Shown: positions 22,900-38,336 of the stretch, piece after piece | Numbering within the stretch: the stretch's first letter is position 1 | Layout: every line of letters starts with the position of its first letter | Assembly (NCBI RefSeq): GCF_001194135.2 | Contig: NC_068982.1 | Span: forward strand, 62,203,898-62,249,581 | DNA length: 45,684 nucleotides | Direction: 5' to 3' | From: Octopus bimaculoides | Taxonomy: Eukaryota | The notes under the pieces: model-generated | Seen by the model: the letters and a program-made list of their open reading frames with translations, nothing else | Database searches by the model: none | Told to the model about the DNA's origin: nothing | Position numbers and translations under genes: made by a program

Positions 22900-23445
22900 A
22901 CAAAAATGCACTTTTCGCTCAAAAATGTTGCTTTACTTGCCAACATTTTATATTAAAATTACTTACTGAACCACCAAAAAGACTGATTTTTCAGAAAAAT
23001 CAAGACCAACGTAATTACCAAATATCTATCTTATAAAAAAATACCTCGCCAACTATAAATAAGAACTTTTCTATATGATAAAGAACATTACACAGACTAA
23101 TACTGAGCAACTTCCAAAGATACCAGAAAAATAAATCTACTCGCTTTTCAAAACCTAACAATGTTCACGTATTTTTTGACAAAACCAGAAAACATTTATG
23201 TAATGAACCTAACCAAACGCTACACATCGATCTCCCACTTCATGAGAAACATCCAACAACTTCAAAAAAATTTTAACATGCTTTAACACCTGAAATTAAC
23301 TCGGAAGCCAAGGAAGAGCACTTTTTTCTCCTACAAAGGTCACAAATCTAATTTCCACGGCTCCTTGCAACCGATTAAGGAATCTGACTAAACCACAATT
23401 GGGTAAAGTAAACTAAAAACAAAACGTGAAGAGAATCGTCTCGTT
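22900..23445 (+). mobile_element. Penelope-like element N-terminal fragment, opposite strand
   Basis: MHFSLKNVAL, VHVFFDKTRNIYVM, PEINSEAKE, KGHKSNF and LTKPQLGKV, read across frameshifts. Confidence 0.65.
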
Positions 23446-24809
23446 AACCAAGAATAATGGAGGCTCTAAAAGGCGAGTATGATCGCTGTCTTTTCTCTTC
23501 AGACTGAACCATAAAAAATAGCTCTGCCTTTTATGATGTAGAGAGAGTCTCGGCAATCGCTTTTATGTTGTTTCTTGTCTATTAAATTTAATTTGTGATA
23601 AAATCGTTAAAAAAATGTTACATGGTAGTTTGATTACCACGTGAATTTATTTTTATGAGACCTAGGAAGTTCTGGTATGTAATAGATAAATTGATTTAGG
23701 TTTGAACATTACTCTTTTAATTATGTATAACAGCTGTTCATGTTGGAACTTATATCTGACTCAGGAAACTTAGCGGTTATTTTCGAATAGGGAAGATTGT
23801 CCACTCGGTATGGACGGTTGTCAAAGATTGTAAGATATTTGTAAGAAGTTTAACGAGCGTAATGCATTGTACAGGTGTAGTGAAGTATTTTTTCTTCTGA
23901 GATTTGTAGCTTCTGTATTTTGTTATTGTTTTGAGCTCTAAGTATACAAACATTATTCATATCTGGCGAAATGCGTTGAAGATTAAATGGATCAAGGCAT
24001 GTGCGATGAAAGTTAAAAAAGAGTGACAGGGGATATCTGGTTACCTTTTCACTGTGAGAGTGAGAATGAATATATGTAAAACTATATGGTGGCGGGGTGC
24101 AGCGTGTGAGAATATCTTTTCTTTATTAACGAAAATGCAACCTCTAATCCCTTGGCGGTCATTCAACCTTTTATAAATAATAGTTAAATGTCACTCAAAT
24201 GATATTCTAGTGCCTTAAGTAAAGAAAGGACTCAGTAAATAATGTAGTTTTAGATACCTTTAAAAAATACGGTGGTGGATTTAGAATACCTTTGATAAGA
24301 GGTTAGTTAGGGTTGACCTTGGATCAAACAACAGCAATTACTCACTCACAGATGTGTTGTTTCTTCTTTCTGACATGTAAACCACTACTAGAATGGTTCT
24401 ATTCCTTTAAACTAACTACCTACTTTTTCTCCTTCACTAAAACTCTTACAAAATACCCACATCATTCTTGTCTTCTTCACTGGAAAATGTATCATCTTCG
24501 AAAACCACCTCTATATATTTTTACTGCAATACTTTCATCCCAGAACTACAATTCCATAGAACTTCTTCCCCACCCTGCAGATATCAACCTAATCAGTCAG
24601 GAACGACTTATTAAGATCAAGATCACTGTTTCCATATTTGAATTATTTGAAGCTAAAACGGAAGAACACAAAGATAATAGCCCAAAAAATAAAATCAAGC
24701 AAAACAATAACAAAAGCCAATCAAAGCATCGTAGCTTTTTTGTTTTCACAGAACCAATCAGTAAACTTTATGAGATTCTAAATACTTAAATTGTATGCAA
24801 TGTATACTC

Positions 24810-25135
24810 AAGCGTTTGATTCCATTGCGTGGCATCATGGGTAAGTGTCGATTTTTGCTGTCTCAGATTGCCTTATATCCTGGGAGAGAAATTGGGTTGA
24901 GGGAAATTGTAGAAGCCAATCGAATGGATTGTACCTGTGATTGAAAAGGAACAGCTTTGTTACACATCATGTTGCGCTGATTCTACCTGATGATTGTGTT
25001 AATGATACATCTGCATGTGGAATGTTCAGCCGCTTACACGTTAGTTAAGGGGCAGGTAATTCAGTTAATCAAACAAATCAAATAACTGAATCCTAATCGT
25101 CGAAAGACGGAGGAACATATAAGAGTATCCAATAT
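24810..25135 (+). mobile_element. Degenerate SINE (tail family of 40012-40403)
   Basis: CGCTGATTCTACC...TGTGGAATGTTCAGCCGCTTACACGTT...CGTCGAAAGACGGAG matches the 31178/40012 tail. Confidence 0.55.
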
Positions 25136-26189
25136 TTCGAAACACATTACAGGCTTTAGCAAAATTATCGTCTCCCCAACTTCACTCAAAAGACATTTAT
25201 CAACCCGAGTTTATGGTAGAAGGCACTGGCTCCAAATATCTTGCAGTAATATCGAATCCAGAACCACGTGATTGCGAAGTGAACTGCCCGTCAAAACGGG
25301 AAATCCTAATCATTATTCTTTTCACAGTTGCAGTATGCTGCTTTTGACATGAACAGACATGAAGTGATACATTATTATTTAACATTGATTTCTAAAATAG
25401 TCTAATACTTAACTGATATCGTAGAAAGATGAAGTCATGGCTGGGATTTGAATTCAGAACATAGATGAATGCAGTCAAATACCACCAGGTAGTTCTATCG
25501 AGCGCTCTAGCGATTTTTCTACTTCATCACTCTCAATATAAAAATAAATAATAAAATTATTATGAAGACTTTTATGTTTCACAGCAACTAGACATCTCTT
25601 TGTGTGTCAGACTTTTTGTTTACAATAGAATATCGATTTCCTGTTTGTTTCTCGTTTCCAATCTCTTTTACATTATTCAAAGCAGAGACTTAGGGAAAAG
25701 TAAAAGAAGGAAAAAAAAAAAAAGAAAAGACAGCCGAAACTGATCTCTGAGAAATCCAGAGAAACGGAATTCAGTCTGTCAAAATTCACTGTTAGAAAGC
25801 TACAAGTCAGTCTATTAGCTTTTATTGTACCTTCCACTACGTTTTGTTAACGAACGATCAGCTTTTAATAGCTAAATAGTCTTCTTAAGTTTACTAGATA
25901 ATGTGTCGTAAATAAATGTTTTTAATCCTTAACCCTTACAAAACAAGCAGACTAATCTATCGACGCACTAGGAAAGATCTCTTCAAGAATCAATGGAGAG
26001 AAGAATCGATGCGGCGGCGGGCAAAATACCATGTGATAATTAGTAATGTACCTTTAATTTTCTGAGGTTAAACCCCACTAAAATTGTTTTTGATTTTCAT
26101 TCTTTCGAAGTAAATAAGATATTACACACCCGTGAAGTATTGCAGTTTGCTATAATTAACTTTTCTTTGGAATAGTTCCACAGGAAGAT

Positions 26190-28150
<1,961 letters not shown>

Positions 28151-28230
28151 CTGGGCGGCACTTAACGCATTCAACTCTTATTTTGCTTTTCTGCGATTCA
28201 CCGCTAAAAGCGAATGTTGAGTAGTGCGCA

Positions 28231-28601
28231 NNNNNNNNNNNNNNNNNNNNNNNNNNNNNNNNNNNNNNNNNNNNNNNNNNNNNNNNNNNNNNNNNNNNNN
28301 NNNNNNNNNNNNNNNNNNNNNNNNNNNNNNNNNNNNNNNNNNNNNNNNNNNNNNNNNNNNNNNNNNNNNNNNNNNNNNNNNNNNNNNNNNNNNNNNNNNN
28401 NNNNNNNNNNNNNNNNNNNNNNNNNNNNNNNNNNNNNNNNNNNNNNNNNNNNNNNNNNNNNNNNNNNNNNNNNNNNNNNNNNNNNNNNNNNNNNNNNNNN
28501 NNNNNNNNNNNNNNNNNNNNNNNNNNNNNNNNNNNNNNNNNNNNNNNNNNNNNNNNNNNNNNNNNNNNNNNNNNNNNNNNNNNNNNNNNNNNNNNNNNNN
28601 N
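28231..28601. other. Assembly gap
   Basis: N run. Confidence 1.
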
Positions 28602-28663
<62 letters not shown>

Positions 28664-28732
28664 GAATATATATATATAGATAGATAGATAAATAAATTTA
28701 AAATGGTATACACATACACACACACATATATT

Positions 28733-28765
<33 letters not shown>

Positions 28766-28872
28766 ATGTGTGTGTGTTTGTCTGTGTGTGTATGTGTGTA
28801 TTTATGTGTGTGTATGTGTGTATTGATGTGTGTGCGAGCGTACACACATGCACACGCACATACACACACACA

Positions 28873-28961
<89 letters not shown>

Positions 28962-29136
28962 ATTTGTATGTTTGTATGCATGCATGTGTTCATGTATAAA
29001 CACAGTTCGTTGGGTAGCGTGGTTAGATATGTTTATCACAACAAAAGTTGACAGTCTATTCGGAGTTTTGCCTCAGACTGAGCTGTTCACGACTTGAAGT
29101 GTCAATTCTTGATACACGCACGCACACACACACACA

Positions 29137-29203
<67 letters not shown>

Positions 29204-29290
29204 ACATACACACACACGCACACTCACACACTCACACACGTACACACTCACATGCGCACACTCGCTCACACACTCACGTATACATACATA
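28602..29290. repeat. (TG)n/(CA)n/(TA)n compound microsatellite field
   Basis: Direct runs with short spacers. Confidence 0.92.
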
Positions 29291-29780
29291 CATATACCAG
29301 TCCGGGGTAGTGGATTGGTGGATTGAGAGAACGTTGGAACATCTTGTGAAACTGTTTACAGTTCCTTGCATTCTGACAGTGCAACCTGCGACGACATTGG
29401 TGCCAAAATGCATTCACCTTATCTTTCCAGTGGCGTGGACAGAGAGGAGACTTTCATCAATGGACAACTTCTAGCCTTACACACATACAAACACACACAA
29501 AAATAAAAATTCTCCAGGTCTGCATCTTGGTGAGAACATTTCTAGGCGTAGATATTCCTCAGACAATTATAACGTATGACGAATGCTATTAATTTACATA
29601 CAGAAACATGCATATATATATATATACATGCACATCTAAATAAATATATAAATAACCATAAAAAATAAAATCCATACATATACATAAATGTATACGAAGG
29701 CAGGCACATATCTAGACATACATACATACACACACATACCCCTCGTATATGCATATACTTATATATATATAGGTAAAGTA

Positions 29781-29844
29781 AATTTTAGAGGTAATACTTG
29801 ATAATTGCAAGCACCTGTATCTGCCAGATAGTGGCCAGGGTGAA

Positions 29845-29896
<52 letters not shown>

Positions 29897-29954
29897 TTCA
29901 CCCTGGCCACTATCTGGCATATACAGGTGCTTGCAATTATCAAGTATTACCTCT

Positions 29955-29960
<6 letters not shown>
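29781..29960. repeat. 180-bp near-perfect palindrome: 66-bp arms around (AT)24
   Basis: 29781-29846 is the reverse complement of 29895-29960 with one mismatch (GTATCTGCC versus GTATATGCC). The centre 29847-29894 is (AT)n. Confidence 0.95.
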
Positions 29961-29994
<34 letters not shown>

Positions 29995-30289
29995 GCTCAT
30001 AATCGCATACATTCGTAAACGCAAACAATGAAAACATACAATGAAAGATGCACAATGCATATCATATGTGTGATATATATATATGTAAAAACTTACAATG
30101 AAAAGAATATAATAGTGCCAAACATTCCATACAAAGGTGGACACAAATATCTATAGGCATGTGCCTTCATAAAATAATGCAGAGTCAAATATATTTTATA
30201 TATGATGAATTTTCACAATAAGAATGATAAAGTCAAATACAGCTTTATGACTAATAAATGTCCACCTACCAATAGATTCTTCTTAACTT

Positions 30290-30520
30290 TTGCTAATTTT
30301 CATTAATGAAGAATATTAGATTTAGAAAACCTAATAATAGTTTCTGGGACGAATTTAAAAGCGAAATTCCAAATGTTAAAAAATTCTAACAAAGTCTTCC
30401 TACCATCATATAAGCCATAAAGAAAAAAAATCTATAAAATCGATACAATTGGATATCACAAATATGTTTTCAATTACATAACTAACTCTTAAAAATGTCA
30501 AAGCTGGAACATTTATATGA
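30290..30520 (+). mobile_element. Penelope-like N-terminal fragment
   Basis: MKNIRFRKPNNSFWDEFKSEI..SNKVFLPS..KIDTIGYHKYVFNYITNS resembles the PLE pre-RT region. Confidence 0.55.
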
Positions 30521-30659
30521 TATTAACATCTACAGGCGAAAAAAGGAAAAAAATCTCTCCGACCTTGAAATCAATGATAGAACAAAATAATTACGACCAG
30601 TCTTCTGAATTAAAAAAAAAAATCTGTCAAACCTTCCGTTATGCGAATGTTCACCTTTA

Positions 30660-30998
30660 GGTGCATGGCGCAGTGGTTAAGGCCTCTGGCTCACAATCAT
30701 TAGGTAGTGAGTGCGATTCTCGGACTGGGTTCTGTTTTGTGTTCTTGAGTAAGACGCTTTATTTCATGTTGCTCCAGTTCACTCAGCTGTAGAAATGAGT
30801 TGCAACGTCACTGATGCCAAGCTATATCAGTCTTTGTCTTTCCTTTGGATAACATCTGTGGCATGGAGAGTGGGGTGGCTGGTATGCATGGGTGACTGCT
30901 GGTCTTCTATAAACAATCTTTCCCGGGCTTGTGCTCGGAGGGGAACTTTCTAGGTGCAATCCCCTGCTTATTGATGACCGAAGAGGGTCTTTATCCTT
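30660..30998 (+). mobile_element. tRNA-derived SINE (Meta-like core, tail type 2)
   Basis: A box TGGCGCAGTGG, B-like GTGCGATTC, and core TTGTGTTCTTGAGTAAGAC...CCAGTTCACTCAGCTGTAGAAATGAG. Confidence 0.8.
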
Positions 30999-31177
30999 TA
31001 TACATAGATATAGTGTTAAATCATATTAAAACTTACCCCATCTTAATTAGTTTTTGATACATAAAGAGTTAAGTTAGAAATAAAACTTTTACTTAAAGCT
31101 TCTTCTAAAGTCATCTGTTTGTCTGTGGTCAATGAAATAAGAACCAGTTTAGTTCTGGAATAGTTTGTCCTTGTGTG

Positions 31178-31500
31178 AAGGCGTATGATTTAGTGGTTAG
31201 CATGTTCGGCTCACGATCGTGAGTTCGATATCCAGCAGCACGTTGTGTCTTTGAGCAAGCTACTTTGTTTCACCTTGTTTAAGTCCGATCAGCTAGCAAA
31301 ACTTAGTTGTACCTGTATTTAAAAAGGGCTTGCCATGTTACATCCTGTATCACGCTGAATCTCCATGAGAACTATGGTAAGGGTACGCGTGTCTGTGGAG
31401 TGCTCAGCTACTGGCACGTCATTTTCTAATTTCACGAGCAGGTTGTTCCATTTGACTGGATCAAGTGGTACATCCGTTGTCGTAACTGACGTATTGCCAC
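31178..31500 (+). mobile_element. tRNA-derived SINE (Meta-like core, tail shared with 40012)
   Basis: A box TGATTTAGTGG, B box GTTCGATATCC, core GTTGTGTCTTTGAGCAAG and tail GTGTCTGTGGAGTGCTCAGC...AATTTCACGAGCAGG. Confidence 0.8.
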
Positions 31501-31914
31501 TTTGCCCTTGCACGGAAGCACGACTTGCTCGAAAGAGTAATGGAATCCCTGCCAACTTATATCGCATTGTCTTAGAAATACGCATCACACATTATGTGAT
31601 GTTCCGGATACATTAACCCAAATCCATTAGATTTTAAACTTTTGTTTGGGTCATGCAGACACCACCTGCATCACAAACTTTCCTCTGCAAAGCCAAGACG
31701 GAGTCTATACGTACATTCAACAAAGTAGAAATAGCAGTCAAATAGCCATCGACTTGCAGCATACAGTTTTAAAACGTGAGTACACGTTGAACATTATAAT
31801 TCTAAATATATATAAAGAAAATAAAAGCTGGGTTGCTTACGGCTTGAACCATTTTGTTTGGATCATAGCTGTATTCTCGATCAGAGTCGACTCAGAGTTA
31901 ATAACCCACTGCCC

Positions 31915-31998
31915 ATCATCATCATCATCATTATCATCATCATCATCATCATCAACAACAACAACAACAACAACAACAGCAGCAGCAGCAGCAGCAGC

Positions 31999-32048
<50 letters not shown>
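31915..32048. repeat. (ATC)n(AAC)n(AGC)n(AAC)n compound trinucleotide
   Basis: Direct run. Confidence 0.97.
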
Positions 32049-32049
<1 letters not shown>

Positions 32050-32179
32050 TACTGTTCTCTTTCCCTTTTGCGTGAGAGCTTATATGCTAGGATCGTGTGT
32101 CGTGAGTAAATTGTTGGAAGCAAAAAGTCGATGGAGATAGCTGGAATCCAGCTACCATTATTATTTTTTTTACATTCAT

Positions 32180-32583
32180 CTTTTATCTTTGATCTTTTAC
32201 CTTTTACTTGTTTCAGTCATTAGACTGCGATCATGCTGGGGCACCGTCTTGAAGAAGAATTTTTAGTCGAATATATCGACTCCAGTACTTATTGTTTTGT
32301 TAAGCCAGATACTTTATTCTATCAGTTTCTTTTACCGAACCGATAAATTACGAGGACGTAAACACACCAACACCTGATGTCAAGCGGTGGTGGGGAACAA
32401 TCATCGACACACACACACATGACAAGCCTCTTTCCGTTTCTGTCTACCAAATCCACTCACAAGGTTTTGGTCGGTCCAAGGCTATAGTAGAAGACACTGG
32501 TCCTAGATGCCACACAGTGGGACTGAAACCGGAACTATGTGGTTGGGAAATAATCTTCTTATCACATAGCCACTCCTCCGCCT
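32180..32583 (-). mobile_element. Full-length tRNA-derived SINE with CR1-like tail
   Basis: Head AGGCGGAGGAGTGGCTATGTGATAAG...GGTTTCAGTCCC; tail CGGTGCCCCAGCATGATCGCAGTCTAATGACTGAAAC followed by (AAAGAT)-like repeats. Confidence 0.85.
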
Positions 32584-32751
32584 ACATTTGTTCATATTTA
32601 CATTATATCATAACTTACATAGATAAAAAAAATCTTCGCGTACCCTTCACCTCGTTTCCAACAGTGGCAACGCTTATATAAGCAATAATTAACTCATGAC
32701 ACTAAAAACCATCTAAAAGCTCTCGGTTGCTCGATGTTCCACAAATACAGT

Positions 32752-33330
32752 GAAAACCTTTTGTTACTATATTCATATTGAAATATACTACTTTTGTTTC
32801 AATTATCATTTAAAATAATGAAAAATTAAGTACAATGATCATGAATGTTAGGCAGTGATTGAAAGAATACGATCGCGAATACAAGCGGCCGAAATGGGTT
32901 CCTCCTAAGGACCTCTGTTGCGTAACTCGAAGTCTTTCTCGGTCAAGCTGCTACTTCTCAGCATTGAGAGGTCATAGCTCTGGTACTACGGATATCTGGT
33001 TAGCATGTCGCATGAAAGAATCCTAAGACGGATTCTTGAAGCCGAGCCAAGTGACAGGAGACCGAAATGTACATCAAAAATGAGATAGTTGGATAATATC
33101 CATAGCCTCAGTTGGTCGCACTTGGGAATCCAACTGGAAAGGGTAATGATCGTTGCTTCATCTATAGTGGAGGTGCTTGAGGACTCTCTCACCGTGACCA
33201 TCCGGGAATAGTTAGCAGAGAAGTTTGATGGATGGATGGAATTTTGTCGCTATTAAGCTGGTGTTTGGAACAAATTAAAATAGATGTTGATGGAACTTTA
33301 TGTCAGAGAACCAAAGGATGTCTCAAGCAG
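32752..33330. mobile_element. AT-rich non-autonomous DNA element split by the RTE fragment
   Basis: AACCTTTTGTTACTATATT...TTCAATT..AAAATAATGAA (32755-32830) and TTTGTCGCTATTAAGCTGGTGTTTGGAAC (from 33240) look like consecutive parts of a common octopod TTAA-type MITE (recalled, not verified). Confidence 0.35.
32838..33240 (+). mobile_element. RTE (Expander/Rex3-like) LINE 3' end
   Basis: ERIRSRIQAAEMG..IERS*LWYYGYLVSMSHERILRRILEAEPSDRRPK..LSWSHLGI, ending in (GATG)n. Confidence 0.85.
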
Positions 33331-34088
33331 GCTGGAACCAAAAGGAACTTGAAAAACTTTGGAGAAATTCCTAAGTCCATAGAGAAAAGCTCAATGGTTC
33401 ACTTTGTAGGGTTGTTCTATCTATTGCTGACTTCTACTCTAACTTTTTCCAAAGAGTTACTCGAGAATCCTGTAAAGAAGTGCATCCATTTAAAGATTCT
33501 ATAGGCGTAAACAATAAAGGAAACACAGACTAGTGTAACATTAGCATTTGTCAGCTACATAAATATGGTTCATTACGTTGTTTTCTGAGCGTATCTCGTC
33601 GTATTTGAGTGTTTATATGGTTTTTCATTAATACATCCAATTTTCAAAACGTTACGTGAATTTGTGATGAGTTCAAAACCTTATTTAAACCGCGTAGCTT
33701 AAAAGAATTTTTTTAATTTAAAAAAATGCTAAATTTAGTATTTCCTTTATTTTCCTTTCACGTATGCACTCTCACACACATATACTCACAAATCTCACAT
33801 ACGATGCCACACACACACGAACAGACACACACAAACACACACACACACACGCACACAAACACACACACACGCTCATATACATATTTGCGCACATTAGGAG
33901 TGACACCTGCTATTTAAACCAGTGTATGCAATTTTAAAAATCAATATTATATAATTGTAGGAGAGTGCATATAACAAGTATATACTCTCTTTACAGCTGT
34001 ATATTAAAAAAATAATGAATGATTTAGACTGCAATCTCATATATCAGATGCCACACAAACACGCACACATATGCATGCAGGTGTGTAT

Positions 34089-34163
<75 letters not shown>

Positions 34164-34397
34164 GACTAGGTAGGTGGGTAGATATATACATAGATAGATG
34201 GGTGGAAAGATGGGTAGGTGAGTAGGTAGAAATAGAGATGGCTAATATGTATATGGTTAAATAGGAAGCACTTGAAAATAAATGGGATGTTTCGGTTTGA
34301 AATTATATGCACTGGAAAGTACACTTCGGAACACATGTTTCTTCATTCAATTTATAGTCACAAACACTTCCCATATATATATATATATATATATATA

Positions 34398-34764
34398 NNN
34401 NNNNNNNNNNNNNNNNNNNNNNNNNNNNNNNNNNNNNNNNNNNNNNNNNNNNNNNNNNNNNNNNNNNNNNNNNNNNNNNNNNNNNNNNNNNNNNNNNNNN
34501 NNNNNNNNNNNNNNNNNNNNNNNNNNNNNNNNNNNNNNNNNNNNNNNNNNNNNNNNNNNNNNNNNNNNNNNNNNNNNNNNNNNNNNNNNNNNNNNNNNNN
34601 NNNNNNNNNNNNNNNNNNNNNNNNNNNNNNNNNNNNNNNNNNNNNNNNNNNNNNNNNNNNNNNNNNNNNNNNNNNNNNNNNNNNNNNNNNNNNNNNNNNN
34701 NNNNNNNNNNNNNNNNNNNNNNNNNNNNNNNNNNNNNNNNNNNNNNNNNNNNNNNNNNNNNNNN
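34398..34764. other. Assembly gap within (TA)n
   Basis: N run. Confidence 1.
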
Positions 34765-34796
<32 letters not shown>

Positions 34797-37061
34797 TGAT
34801 ATATATATATATATATATATATGATACATGTTATAATATATTGATATGTATGTATATATGTATATATGTGTGTATGCATATATTTCTATATATTCATATA
34901 TATATACATATATACATAAATATGTATGTATGCATGTATGTGTATATGTACAAACATCCACGCGCACGCGCACACAGACACATACACACACACATACACA
35001 CGCATACGCCACACACACACAAAACGAAACGATTGATCTTTCGTAATTCAGCTTTCGGCTAAAGTAAGAACTAGATATGAACTAGTATTTAGTACCTCTT
35101 TCAAATCTGTTTTTATTTGTTCTAACCAACATTTATGTATATGGATGTATACATACATACATACATACATACATGTGTATGCATGTATATATATGCATGT
35201 GTGTATGTGCGTGTGTGAGTGTGTGTATGTGTGTGTGAGTATGTATGTGTGTGTGTGTGCGCGTGTAAGTATTATGTACATGAGTGTACGTACATGTACG
35301 TTCGTGTTTGTGTGCATAAAATTAAATACATAAACATATATTTTGTATTATCTGAGAAAAATAGTAAGTGACGCGTTGTACGAATAATAGAAATGAATAA
35401 TGAAAATATGAAATTTTGTTTTGAAGTTTAGTATATGACATTTGATGTCTATATTGAAGATGAAGGTAGTAGCAAATACCAGCGACAGACATTATCTTAC
35501 ATCTAAACACATCTTTTGAGATAATACGTGATAAATCTGGCATTTTCATAACATTGAAGGCAAAGTTTCAAGGTTTCAAACAAATGTGGAAGCTTTTACT
35601 TGGTCAATCAATCTATAAGAAATAGAAACCAAATCCCTCTCAAATCACAGCCCTATGTTTAAAAAGAAAAACGTATATATTTGATGCAGTAGTCTCAGAC
35701 CTTCGATTAATGGCATTCCAGTCTGCAGCATCACATGTTTCACTTCGACACAATATATCTAAGGCTATGATTTGAAGTAGAATTGACGCATAATTTGTTG
35801 CCAGTTGAGCGACTGTAGAGGGCGGTAGTGAATATACTTGCAGTTTAGTGGGTGAATTGTTAGTGAAGAAGAACAAGTGTGGCTGCATCTGTGTTGGGAA
35901 AAAATAATGAATCTTTAATTTCACAAATTTACAGGTATGCTCATGATATGCACATGACAGCAGCAAAAAGGTATTGATTACAATGTTACAATGCATTAAT
36001 TAACAAGATAATTATATTAGTTTAACGACCAAAATACCAAAGCTGTCCAAATTAATGTTCAAACTCAACTACCCCGGAAAAATGAAAGTGCTCTTAACAT
36101 TTTCTGACCCCTGTCCTTAGGTAATTGATGTGTTAGTGATATCGGCCAAAACTACACTTAATTTTTCAATTCATACAAGCGCTTGATCATGCGCTTTTTG
36201 TGTGGTCAGCTGACATTAACACTATGGTATAATAATTCACATTTCGTATCGTGGTCCGTCACAATTTCTTTATGGTAGATCTGAGCCTATGTTACGAAAC
36301 ATAATTTGTAGCGGGTGCAGAATCAGTTGTGTGCCGGAAGTATTTTGGCGCTCCTCTTACAGTTTGAATTAAAGACCTTACTTCCTCACCGGGTCATCCT
36401 TTCATCATTTAGGGGTGTATAAAAAATCTTTTCTTCCTTTCGGGGTCTATCAAAAATCATCGATCAAGCCGTAACATTGTGGGTTAGTTAGAATTTACTA
36501 TTTTTATTATTACGATGTCATGGTATGGCAGAATTGGTTTAGTGTCACACAAATGTATTTGCTGTATTTCATCAGATATCTTTTATATGTTCAGAGTTTA
36601 AGTACTTCTCGAGTCGATATTGTTTTCATCTTTCCGAGAAGACAATTTCAGTTACTGTTAGAAATAACAAACCTAATGTTTCGGGACCATGCTGTTAATT
36701 TGAGAGTAAGAGAAAGACTGTGAAGTGTTATCACTTGTGTTGTGAACAGGCCAGAAAATGTGTATCTATCCAGTTTTTGGAGATTATGCAATCAACTGTC
36801 TACTTTCACTTGCAAAGTGTCTGTGGTTTAGTGATAATGAATGAAATCTAAAATAAAAATGAAACTTGCTAGACCTTTAGGAAATGTCTCCGTTTATCAG
36901 AATATTGTTATTAAAGTAATATATTTCTTTCCCATCTTATGTTTTCTCAAAGTAGTATGATTTATTTTCTCCATTAAGATTTTCTGCCTTAGACGTAATC
37001 GTCGATAATTTTGTAATACACTGTTGAGAATCAAATAAAATAGCTACCTAATTATTTCTTC

Positions 37062-37151
<90 letters not shown>

Positions 37152-37239
37152 GATACCTCTTTGAGCATGATCCTATAAATAAAGATAAAAAAAAATTTTT
37201 TTTTTTAAAAGAGAGAGAGAGAGCACTTCGCTCTCATGT

Positions 37240-37478
37240 GTCTATTCCTTGCTGAGGTTACCATGGTCTTTTCCGTAGGCTTTTCTCTCCATGGATAAAC
37301 CTAATGTTACCCCATTTTACACAATTGACATTTTCTGTGATATACGAAACCCCCCACCTTTTTTTTTGCCCCAACCGATCCCTTTTGTCCGATTAAAAAT
37401 TTTTTTTTTTTTAAAGAAAAGCTCTACAGTTGTATTTGTCCCCTCTGTGTGCAGCCCTGTGTGGCTAATAAAAGAAAG
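37240..37478 (+). mobile_element. L1/Tx1-like LINE 3' UTR
   Basis: GGTTACCATGGTCTTTTCCGTAGGCTTTTCTCTCCATGGATAAACCTAAT matches the UTR at ~90-150 (minus strand). It ends GCCCTGTGTGGCTAATAAAAGAAA before (TCTA)n. Confidence 0.6.
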
Positions 37479-37479
<1 letters not shown>

Positions 37480-37533
<54 letters not shown>

Positions 37534-37562
37534 CCTACCTACCTACCTACCTACCTACCTAC

Positions 37563-37593
<31 letters not shown>

Positions 37594-37630
37594 CCTACCT
37601 ACCTACCTACCTACCTACCTACCTACCTAT
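37480..37630. repeat. (TCTA)n/(CCTA)n array
   Basis: Direct run. Confidence 0.97.
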
Positions 37631-38336
37631 ATATTTATTTATCTGTCTGTCTGTGATAATCACCACATTTTCTAGGTTCACTTTTATTCCAAATCGTTTT
37701 TACGTTGGAGCATTGGCAATTATTACTATATATTACTCTAGTTCCACAGACGAGGTAAATGTCTTTTCAGTATAAAATTAGTAAGCGAGACTCTCTTCAA
37801 AATCAATAATTAACATTTTTATGCCCCTACTCAAAAAAGATAATGATGACACGTATCAACGATACACAAACTGATAAAATGTTTATTGCGGTAATTTATG
37901 AAGTACATAGAAGCAAGTATATTTACCAGCCTGACACACACACACCTGTACGTTCTCTATCGAAGCACAAAGCGTCACAGGGTTGTGTTCTTTGCCCATT
38001 ACTTCGTTCCCTCTATACATACGACCGGATCTACTGTTAATGAAGTTTGCTGATGATAAGAAGTGATGATCATGAATTCGACGTATCCCGCTTTGTATGC
38101 GAATTGTCTCTCAGACTCTAGTATAATAACCTAATACACCAAAAGCCAATTGTAGATTGAAATATATTGTTCTTGTTTTACTTCAGAAAGTGAAGAGTAA
38201 AGTTAATTCTATTAACATTTTGGTGAAAATTTTCAAGCAGATGATTCGCTACATATTGCTGGTTCTATAAACACCAGACAATGTTTGACTTACAGTTTCA
38301 GGTCCCATATTTAGAAACAACAACAACGACAACAAC

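Noticed and set aside
23560-24040. Possible further PLE RT fragment on the minus strand
   Set aside because: The composition is PLE-like, but I could not read any unambiguous motif.
24313-24789. 158-aa plus-strand ORF
   Set aside because: Low-complexity and AT-rich, with no domain or splice evidence.
36535-36580. Minus-strand CUGAUGA
   Set aside because: No GAAA/stem III at a suitable distance.
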